A model generated the notes under the pieces. It saw nothing but the letters and a program-made list of their open reading frames with translations. It was not told the DNA's origin and ran no database searches. The position numbers and the translations under genes were made by a program. Shown here in pieces: positions 13,320-23,600 of a stretch of 64,000 nucleotides of DNA. This stretch comes from Oikopleura dioica (Eukaryota > Animalia > Chordata): positions 15,821,208 to 15,885,207 of the forward strand of contig OU015568.1 of assembly GCA_907165135.1 (NCBI GenBank), written 5' to 3'. Each line of letters opens with the position of its first letter. Position 1 is the first letter of the stretch.

Positions 13320-13843
13320 CAGTGTTTGAAAAAATGGCCAAAACTCTCGTGAGCGAGTGAGCGCGAGCAGAGGCCACCAGATTTTTAACATGAGTGAGCG
13401 AGCGCGAGTAGACCCTTTTGATTTTTTTTCGTGAGCAAGCTAGCGCGAGCGCAGCTACCGTAATTTTTCTATGAGTGAGCGAGCATGAGCGCTCACTCGC
13501 TCGCTCGCGCTCACTCACAGCTTTTAAACAACGTTTTGATTGAGTGTTTTTCTTAAAAATTCTTGTACTTTTATATTTGAATGACTTTTAACTATAATTA
13601 GTCAATAATGACTACTCTAACGTGGCTGAAAGATAATATCCAGATAAATTTATAACTATTTAATGACTCTGTGTGATGAGTTGAGCGAGCGCGAGTGAGC
13701 GCAAGCAGGGACCTTTGAATTTTATGGTGAGTGAGCGAGTGCGAGCATAGGGTTCTCGAAATCACATGAGTGAGTGAGCATGAGCGCTAGCTCACTCGCT
13801 CGCGCTCGCTCGTGGCTCGCGCTCACCATTTTTTCAAACAATG
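13320..13843. mobile_element. hAT-type MITE, 524 bp
   Basis: TIRs CAGTGTTTGAAAAAATGG / CCATTTTTTCAAACAATG; exact 8-bp TSD ATACAGAT at 13312-13319 and 13844-13851; subterminal GAGCGAGC repeats. Confidence 0.92.
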
Positions 13844-13871
13844 ATACAGATTAATAGGATGTAGGGAAATG

Positions 13872-16800
13872 TTAGGGGTTTTGTCTTGCATTTGTGAACT
13901 TTCGCTTCGTTTTGCTGGAATCTTCGTAACAAGATCGTTTTCTGCCCTTACTCTCAGATGTTTCTGAAACTTCTTGAGTTGGAGTAAGAGTAATTGAATA
14001 GGCTTGAGGCAGGAGATACCATCTTTCTTTTTTCATATTGAAATTCTCGTTGACTAAAGCGAGAAACTCGTTGTTCTCTCCGTAATAAACGAAATCTTTG
14101 TAGCAATTGTAGCATTCCTTCATCATTTCGTCAGAAGCGTAGAACTCGCGAAAAAGAGGAATTCTGATTTGAGAGCCGGAAAGGTCGATGAGCGTGTTTT
14201 GGAGAATGAATTCGGAGTTTTCGATTCGATCGAGAACCATTTGGTGGAAAAATATTGAGCCGTCGGGATTAAGGTAGGCGCCGGTGACGGTTAAGGGGCG
14301 GGAGAATGAAAAGTTGGGATGTAGGAGGACTAAAAAGATTAGTGGACATTTCAAGAAAAGTAGACATTTCAAGATAACGGACATTTCAAGAAAGTGGTCA
14401 TTTCAAGAAACTATTGAAATGTCCGCTTTCCTTGAAATGTCCGTTGCTCTTGAAATGTCTGCTTTACTTGAAATGTCTATTTCGATTGAAATGTCTCTTT
14501 TTCTTGAAATGTCCCCATTTGATTTCATCAATTTTATTGTTGCGGTGATGCAAAATGAAAACTGCTTTCCCCCCACTCAGATCAAAAATTTTAAAATTTT
14601 GAAAAAAAATATTTTCCATTAAATATTTCAAATTTGCTTTTTGATGATTCAAAACCTTCATTGCAAGTAAGGCAGGCATAGAATCCGTCAAAAAACTTTC
14701 TCTCAGATTCAAAGTAAAGTTAATTTTGATTGAGGATGTGTGTGAAAAGGTAGTAGACAAAAATGCCGAAAAGGTCGATGATTATTTTCTGATTTCCTTT
14801 TCGGCACCTTGCCGAAAAGTATTTCCATTTTCAAGCCTTTTTCAGGAAAGAAAGGGAATCATTATCTAACCTTACGACCACAAACGGGAATTACCCCCAC
14901 CGACCACAATGTGTCATATATGACACATCCCCTTTACTGCCCTCTGGAGGCTAGTTTATAGGTCAAACCCGAGCATCTGGGCTCGGCAACCTGACCTGAG
15001 AAAAACCCTGAGTCAGGCCCCTGAGTACTGAGTACACAGGCCCTGACCTGTGTGCCTGAGTAAAATCGAGACTCGAGAAAAAACCCTGAGCCTGACCCTG
15101 ACCTGAGTTTAAGGACAGGCCTAAGTTGCTCACACAGGGCCTGAGTTACTGTATAAAAGTACTAAAAATGCTCAATTTACAACGCCAGGGGGTCAAATTA
15201 CACTGATTTTCCATCATCAGGGCGATTTTCTGATAACAGAATTGTCAGATTGAAAGCGATCTTCGCTATCTCAACTCGATCTCCGGGAAATTGCGACTAA
15301 AAGTGCAGAAAATTAGTGTATTTTGAAAGTGAACCCAATATTATGAAATTTTAACACTTTACAATAGCTGCATATGATACATTTTTGGAAAGCTTACATT
15401 CAGCACATTCATTTAGGATACGGCTGAGGGCGTCTGGGCTATGCCCGGAAAGCAATTTATAGGAATGAATAGTCAAATATAGGTACCTTGGTTAGCTAAC
15501 CCTTGGTTTATTGAAAAAAATTCCTAAGAAAAAGTTATCAAATAAAAAAAAGCTTCTGTAAATTTTAAGATTAGGGTCTAAGAAACCTAAAAAGAGTAAG
15601 AGTTGATAAGACCATTATGCAAACTTTGGAGTTTTGGAGCCCTGAAGATGGGCTATTTTCGCGATTTTAGCCGAGATGTCAACTTTGAAGCCGCCGGAAG
15701 TAGATTTTTCCTTGGGATTACGGAAAAAGCTTCTGTAATTCAGGAGATCTAAGATAGATCTCTATTAAAAGCTATTATGGGGTACTCTGGCATTCACAAG
15801 TCCAGAGTTTATGAGGCTTGCTTTGGGGAAAATCGACCACCCTAGCCTGTGAATTTGGTCGAAAAAAATCCAGTGTTTACCCTGAGTCAGGCCCCTGACT
15901 CTAACCTGAGTACCTGAGTCTGAGCAGGCCTGTTTTCCTGAGTACCTGACTGAGTGAAAAACCCTGACCTGAGTTCCTGAGTGAATTTCGAGAAATAATT
16001 TTCGAACCCTTACCCTGAGCCTGACTCTGTACTCAGGTTGCCGAGCCCAGCCGAGCATCATCCAGAACCTGAACCAAGATGCCGAAATAAAAATCATTTT
16101 TGTATGAATGCAAAGTGCCGAAATGGAAATCAAAATTTGGGGTAAACTTTTCGGCAAGCTTATTCATTCAAATTTATATGAAACGCTCTTTCTAGATAAA
16201 AAATTATCAACCCTAACCCTAACCAGAGTTGCAAATTTGTCAAAAATTTCTCGAAGCTGAGATAGCGGAGCCGACCTGAACATTTAGCTAAGCGGAGCTG
16301 AGCAGATCAAAAAATTTTTCTCCGTAGCTGAGCGTAGCGGAGCTGGGCAAAATTTTCTTCGCCGTAGCTGAGCGTTTCGGAGCTTACCAATTTTTTTTCC
16401 ACCGTAGCTGAGCGAAACTAGCTGGCCAAATGTCTTCCAGCCGTAGCTGAGCGTAGCGGAGCTGGACAAAATTTTCATCGCCGTAGCTGAGCAAAGCGGA
16501 GCTGACCAAATAATTTTTTCCAGTAGCTAAGCTAAGCTAAGCCTCAGCTCCGCTTCGCAAATTTGCAACTCTGACCCTAACCCTTAACCTGAACCTAATA
16601 TTTCAAGAAGACCTAAATTTATGTTCCGACCTTGGTTGGTGCCCACCTTCGACGGTGGGCTGATTTCTACGGTCCCTAAGACTCAGTTATTACCGTAGAA
16701 AAGAATGCATTAGTAGCAATTGAGGGAAAACTGTAGAAAAAGATGCGCATCTGGAAGATTCAACCATAATATGGTGCTTCTAGCTGGTACCGCAGAAAAT

Positions 16801-19379
16801 AAACTCGACAAAAATTTTTGATCGTTTTAGGACCAGTTGACTGAATGTTTTTCCCTTAATTGTTTAAATCTTTTAGTGCAAATTTAGGGAATATCATCCC
16901 ATCATTGCTACTTTATATTTAAGGAAACATCAGAGATCATGAATATATCAATTGCTTGAATCTTTATGTTTTTCAAAAATTTTAATTTTTGTTCTGAGTA
17001 GGGGGTCAGATATTATTAGTTTGAGTATGTGCAACAATTAAAATTAGAAAAAATAAAAAGTACATTTCAAGAAAAAGGGCCATTTCAATCTAAAAAGACA
17101 TTTCAAGAAAAGAGGACATTTCAATCAAAACAGACATTTCAAGAAAGTGGACATTTCAAGAATTATATTTTTTGCTTGAAATGTCTCTTTTTCTTGAAAT
17201 GTCCGCTTTCTTGAAATGTCCCTTTTCCTTGAAATGCCCACTAATCGACTAAAAAATGTTAAATGCAGAATTTGGCTATTTTAAAAACCCTTTTCAAAAT
17301 CGAAGTTCGCTTCTATGAAGGTGCCATATCTGATAATATCCCATCCACTTTCATTCAAATAAGTTCTGAATTTCATTCTTCTGAGAAGCAATTCAATTTT
17401 GTTTGTTTGAAATTCTTGTTCTTCTTTTTTAGGGTTAAGATTGAAGCCAGCCAAACTGCGTGGACAGACTATCATTGTTAATTGAATGAAGATCTTTTCG
17501 AGAGAAAAATAATATTTCATTTTCCAATCATCAACTTTCCAAACATTTTTGATTGCCCATCTCTAGGCCTCGGACGTAAAAATCCATCACCATCATCGGA
17601 GCATCGTATGGGATTGAGAATAGGCTCATTCGAAAGCTCTTGGAGAGGGCTTTCTTATGAGCAAATGAAAAAATTGGACCCTCTCTCCCAGTTTTGGGTA
17701 ATCTGCCGTTAAAGATAAAGTCGAAAAACATTTTTACGAAATAACTTGAAACAGGGAGACAGGGTCCAATTTTTTTATTTGCCGTCAAGAAAGTTCTCTT
17801 TAAGAGCTTTCGAATGAGCCTACTCTCGTCCTCATACGAAGCTCCGATGGTGAAAATCGATATTTTTACGTCCGAGGCCTACCCATCTCAAAAGAACGGA
17901 AACAGAAATGGGAACACAAAGATCGCTTTCTTTTTGATTTAAAACATTTTTTGTCACATTTTTGAAGTCGAAATTAATCTGTCTTGTCAGTTTTTGCTTG
18001 AGATTTGCCATTGCCGAAGATTTTGTCAAATTTGGATCGTCCAGGCAAAAGTCAGGAGCCACGTTTTTAAGAGAAATTATTTTTGACAAGTTTTCAATTT
18101 TTTCGGATAAGGGAGGGTAGATTGGGAGCCACTCAGCATGACATTCCTTGAAATATTTTTTCATCAGAAAAAAGAAGCTCTTACCTTTAGTTCTTCTTTA
18201 ATTTTCTCTCTTTCGTCTTCTTCGATCGGTTTGAAAAGAAGGCTCCACGCTGTTTCCCAATCACAAAGAATCAAAACGTGGAGTGGTGATCCTAATCCGT
18301 TTCCAACTTCTCCACAAACTTGCAAACTGTTTGAGAATGCAGCAGATCCAGCATCTTAGAAAAGATAGACGAGGTAATAATTATCAAAAAACTTCAATTC
18401 AAAACTTACATAAATATCTAAAATTTCTATATTTGCTCCCTTTCCTCGTGAAGCCCATTCTTCGGTAGCTCTTCCTTCCAGTTTTTTCATAAATTGTCCC
18501 GAAATCGATCCATTTACATTCTTTATTTTTTAATAAAATGTTTTCAGGCTTCTGATCTTGATGCAAAATTCCAATGCTCCGCAAATACTCTTCTCCCTCT
18601 TTCACTCCAATCGCAATTTTCTTTCTCTCTTCTAAATTCAAATCTTCCTTTTTCAGTCTGTTTCTCAAATCGGAGTCACATTTTTCCATAATCGTTATCC
18701 ATCCAAGGCAGTCCTCTCTTTTTTCGTCTTTGCTCGAGAAAATTTCGATGTTGCCGAAGTTTTTGATGACGTTTGGATGAAAAGGGATAACTTGAGCGTC
18801 GCCTTTTTTGTCGTTTTCAGCGATCTCGTAATCTTGAATTTAAAAATCAAAATTCATAATGACTTACAATTTGTTGAAGTAAGAATCTTACTAGGTAATA
18901 CCTTTCGAAAGATGAATCTCAAAGTCCAACGTCTCTTTCTTCGCAAAAAGCGCCGAGTCAAAAGCCTGAACTCGAACAGCAACTTCCAATTCATGGAATT
19001 TCTCTTCGAAAACAATCGCTTCTCCCCCAGAAGAAATAACTTTTTGCCCAAGACATTGATCGAGAATCCATTCACCAGTTTCTTCTTTCAGTTCTGACCG
19101 CTTAATCTTCCTTCCTTCGAGTACCGGATTTTCGTCGAGGATCATTTTTTGAAATGAAGTTATCGCCCATTTTTCTGATGTGTATCCTTCTCCATTTTTA
19201 AAAATAACCGCCTCCCAGCCACCGTTATAATCATATATAAAATCTCTTCTCTCGATCGACAAAATCAGCCTATCTAAATCATCCCTGCTCGTCGTTCTTT
19301 TCAATTTCTTTTTAAAATCTTCCAGCCAATTTTCAACGGCTTCTCTTGTCAATTCTTTTGGATGCGAAGAAACTTTCAT
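13872..19379 (-). CDS. Protein-kinase-like domain fused to a C-terminal papain-like (clan CA) cysteine peptidase domain; interrupted by two transposon insertions
   Basis: Kinase motifs VISSGGEAIVF, VAVR, HPNVI, HQDQKPENILL, WIDFG. Peptidase motifs NFDFKNVTKNVLNQKESDLC, RPLTVTG, FHQMVLDRIENSEFILQNT. Exons 19379-18900, ~18834-18404, ~18353-18185, ~18147-17883, 17562-17289 and 14329-13872 join in frame via GT-AG introns. Confidence 0.75.
14977..16050. mobile_element. hAT-type MITE (CTGGGCTCGGCAACCTGA family), nested in the Foldback element
   Basis: 18-bp TIRs; exact 8-bp TSD CCGAGCAT at 14969-14976 and 16051-16058; subterminal CCTGAGT repeats. Confidence 0.92.
16224..16573. mobile_element. hAT-type MITE (CAGAGTTG family), nested in the Foldback element
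   Basis: TIR CAGAGTTGCAAATTTG; exact 8-bp TSD ACCCTAAC at 16216-16223 and 16574-16581; internal AGCTGAGCGTAGCGG repeats. Confidence 0.93.
17564..17881. mobile_element. hAT-type MITE, 318 bp, inserted in a coding exon
   Basis: ~90-bp inverted arms starting TAGGCCTCGGACGTAAAAAT; exact 8-bp TSD CCCATCTC at 17556-17563 and 17882-17889. Removing the element restores the frame ...LLRWAIKNVWK... Confidence 0.95.
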
Positions 19380-20320
19380 TTTTCAAATATAATGTTGAAT
19401 GTCCAAGAAGTGAGAGCCTTGAAAATTTCTGGACTAGAATTATTTGGTAGTAAGTTTCTGCAAGAAATATTAACTCATTGGGCGAGTCTCAGTACACAAT
19501 CTGCAATTTTCGTTTGCTCTATTACAACATCAAACTAGCGTAGAAATTCCCCATCATACTTGAGGCTTTCTGTCTGGAATTATATTTTCCTGAAAACTTT
19601 TTTAAAAAATAGTCATGTTTATTTAGAATTTCAATATGTCTGCGCGCTTGAAGAAAGCTGTTGTCATCTTTGACTCAATATTCGGGTCAGACAGGGAGAT
19701 CTAGTTCAAGGTCATCATTAACAAATCGTAATAGTCGGTTAATGCAGTCAAAGGCTAAGTATATGAACAACTGATAACTTATCAGTGATCAGTCTATTTA
19801 CAATATCCCTCCGGAGCAAAAAAAGTAACGCATCGCCCGCGGCCGAGCCAGGTGTTCTATTTTGAATTCTAAATCTCCATCGACCGCCAACAACACTCGT
19901 AGGCTACCATTAAGCTCTTAAAAGATAGAGATTCAAGGTGAAGAACTTTCTCAGAACTGACCGAAGGTCTAAGCTTTAACCATTCGACATGGACGCAGAA
20001 ACCAGGTACTAAATACGACTAAAGAACCCTTTTAAAATGAGTTCGAACTTCGAAGAGACTTTGATGCATTTATTTTAACTGTTGTTTTCTCAATTGCGAA
20101 TTTGTTTAATTGCTCCAGTGAGTGAGTCACCTTTTTGTAAACGAAAGGGCTCTTAAAAATTCACCGTCGTTTGAGCGCTCTGCTCCAAAGAATAATAGAG
20201 AGCTGCCTCCTTATGACAAAAGGCATTTACCGACTAAAACAACCTGCTGAACGAGCTCGAGCTTCTTACCAAACTAAACGCTGGTTTCAGGGAGAAAATA
20301 ACGACTGTGCTGCGCTAGAG

Positions 20321-20539
20321 ATGGAAGAGATCACGGACCAAAGTCCGATCGAGACGAACTTTGGGATGGACAATGCGCGCCTCTCGCTGACACGGTCCTT
20401 TGGTTCTCAAATCTCGCGTTCGCGGAAATCAGGTTGGGCTCCTGCTTCCGACCCAGCCATGTGGTCCATGTTTATGCTGTGCTTTCTCACCATACTGGGT
20501 CTCATGCTTTATACAATCATCTTAGGAACTGCTAAATAA
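20321..20539 (+). CDS. Small putative tail-anchored membrane protein
   Basis: ORF ends in a single hydrophobic helix WSMFMLCFLTILGLMLYTIILG followed by TAK*; AATAAA downstream. No family recognised; start uncertain. Confidence 0.4.
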   Translation: MEEITDQSPIETNFGMDNARLSLTRSFGSQISRSRKSGWAPASDPAMWSMFMLCFLTILGLMLYTIILGTAK

Positions 20540-20636
20540 TCTTCCAGACGTATTAACAAAAAAGCACTGCAGTAATATTAAACTCGCCTATCTTCATTTA
20601 AACTGTAAATAAATACAACATTTACTATTCAAAATT

Positions 20637-23600
20637 TCAAATAATCAAAGAATTTCTATTGGAGTTTCGTCCGGAGGAGCACTCGGACTCGAATTCAGGA
20701 TGAGATGTTGTCGTTGTTGTCCGCTTCTGTCTCCTTTTTGATGCTTTCTGATAGGCGCTAGAAAAAGATAAGACTCTTTCTCACCTGTTAAAAAAACTGG
20801 GCTCGGCAACCTGAGCTGAAAACCTGAGTCAGGCTCTGGAAGACCTAAAATGAAAAGCCGCGTAGCGGCTTTTTTTTTAGAAACAAAGCCGCAGAGCGGC
20901 TTCACAAATAAACCTTATAAATTTTCTTTAAATTCGTGGGGAAGCCGCTTTGCGGCTTCGTTTCTAAAAAACAGCCGCTACGCGGCTTTTCATTTTAACG
21001 CTTCCAGAACCTGACTCAGGTTTTCTACTCAGGTTGCCGAGCACTGTTAAAATACCGTCTGAAACCGTCACACCATATCTGCTGCTCAGAGTGAGATTCC
21101 AGATAGAAGGTCACTAAATATAGATAGTAAAGTAGCCGGCATAAAAAAATTCGGAAACCTCTATGCTGAGGACTACAGTAGGAAAATTCCTTGGAGCTTT
21201 TCTCTTGCTTGAATTCCGTCTCTGGCCGGATTTCGCTCACAAAAACGTCGAATTTAGGATGATCGCCCGGCGAATTTCGAATTAAAACTGCCCAGAAAGA
21301 GTTGATCCCGTCGTTTGTGTAGTCTAGTAAAGCAATCCATCTCTTAATTTTTAGATCAGATAAGCCAAAAAAGAAAACCTGCCTTGGAGAATTTGAAGGA
21401 TGAAAGATGAAGTTTGTTGGTCGATGGAGACGATATTCTTACTGGAACTATGCCACAGCACTCTGCTCGCTCAAACATCTCGTCGTAGGGCATTATGTAG
21501 TCATGTTTGATGTAAATTGAGAGAGCCTCATTTCGATCATTATTTTCATATCGTTCAAAAAGACGCGCTCTTTCTGATCAATTTCCTGGGCCTTTTGAAG
21601 AGTCGCCATTCCAATCACCTCAAATGCTTTAATTTTTTCACTACAAGAGGCGCAAATCATGTTGGTATTTTTTCAGTCTCGAAGACAAGCCTCGTGACTT
21701 CGATCAGAGGACATTTGTGACATTGAGATCCTCCACAGCAATCACAAACTGCGAACGATTCGCTTTTCTCCCCACAAGCCCAGCATTTCGAAACGGTACA
21801 TGGCCACACAGCTCGTGGGGCAACTTTTCCGACGATTCCGGAATTTGCTACGTCTCATTCATGGTTTATCAAGAAGTAGAAAATCTTCCTAAAGGGATAG
21901 TTTCTTCATATAAAAACCATTTTCATGTGATATTTTTTCGAGAAAGAGCTCAGACTCAAAAACACGAATCCAGTCATTATAATCGCTCGCAACGAGGTCA
22001 AGACAAATCTCCTTAGATCTTATTCGAAAACCTTTGCGTTCGCAATTCGTGTGATCGAAGACTTCGATCTTTCCGAAGTTTTGACTTGTGTATGGCTTCC
22101 CAATCAAAACTTTCGGGAAATCGGACTTTTCGTATTTCAGTGACGAAGGTTTGACCGAAGCTCTTAAAATGCATGTTCCAGGAAGAGAGAGATGAGTTTT
22201 TTGGTGTTTTCGAGTCGCTTCTCCGAGGAAAACGATCAGATCTTCGTCGGGGACTTCGTTGGAAGAAGTTCTAGTGAAAAAGTCCCCAGAATCGCGATGA
22301 TTTCGCGGCTGTATTATAATCAAGTCGACGTTGGTCTTATTTATGCTCGGGCAGTCGACCTTTCCGTATTTGTAGAGCTCCCAGCGCATTATTTCTTGAA
22401 CTTTATTCTTGTTCGGCGCCAGTATATGCCCGTACTTTTCGATCAAGATCTTTTTGTGCTCGTGATGTTGCTCTACTCGAACTAACTCGTTGATTTTCTT
22501 GACCATTTTTCTGATCTTCTCTAGCGCTTCTTCTGCCTCTTCGTGATCGAAGTGATCTTCGGGAAGACATTTGAGATAGTCGCGGAATAAGAGATCGTAG
22601 CGAGTGAGCCGTTGCATCAAAACGATAATTTTCGAATTCAAAGTCATCAGATTCTGCTTCGAAAAGCCATCATCTTCACGAACTTCGTCGAGAAGTCTTT
22701 CGATGATTTTTGACCGGTCATTTTGCTGAACGATTCCCGAAATCAACAAAGAAAGAAACGTTTTGGCGTACCTGTTTGAAAAAATCTTCGTAAATTGAAA
22801 AGACGTACTCATCTGGTTTCAGCACTGAAAATAATCGGCCCATGACGAATCCATTTGTATCAATCTGAGAGACGGCGATTTTCATTAGTGGTTCAACAAT
22901 GCCATCATGGAGGAGTAGAATTCTTTCCAAGGATCCAGGCGCCCCGAAGAGAATTCTTGTTTCATGCGAGTTCGTCATTTTCCGATGCTTTTCGAACTTT
23001 CTTTTCAATTTGCAGATTTCTGTCAAATCGGAGATGTACTTCTTTTCGGTCGCCAAAATTTCCTTGCAAAGTTTTTCACAGTGAGATCGTCTTTTGATGT
23101 AAATATCGCCTGATGCTGGCTTGAATGCAATTTCTTCAATGAAATCTCGGAGTTTGCTTTTTTCCCGCCGCAAAAATCCGAAATCGTCGATTCTTTCGTA
23201 AAGATTGTCTCTTCTATCTTCCAAATGGACATTGCCAAAGACATCGATTTCAACGATATCTTGGTTGTTGAATTTAAAAGCTTTGAAGCGAGAGAAAGTT
23301 TCCAAAAGATCGACAACAGAATTGAAAGTTGAGAGCTTTAGCGGATCATTTTTGTCGATGTTCTCGGAAAGACGAAGAAAACATCCGAATAAGTGGTCAA
23401 TATTCTCGTCAAATTTGCTCAGAAAGTCATTCAATTTCTCAATAAGCTTCGTTCTTAATTCAAGTGTTATTGGGAAAAAGTAATCCGCATATGCGACCAC
23501 TTCCTCGGTGGAATTTTATTAGCAAAAAAAGTGTCACATTTCTTATGATGCCTTAGCGCAATATTTTGAAAAAAGAAATCTATAGATAGGACATACAGTT

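Larger units (their letters stand above)
14337..17246. mobile_element. Foldback/Mutator-like element, 2.9 kb, with nested MITEs
   Basis: Long modular inverted arms (14337-~14610 vs ~16970-17246) built of GACATTTCAAG / CTTGAAATGTC units; exact 9-bp TSD GACTAAAAA at 14328-14336 and 17247-17255. Confidence 0.9.

Noticed and set aside
15765-16478. ORFs inside the nested MITEs
   Set aside because: Products of short repeated subterminal motifs, with no transposase signature.
20645-20905. 86-aa ORF suggesting the MITE is translated
   Set aside because: Better explained by a 39-nt host intron containing the MITE; the true last exon is in another frame.
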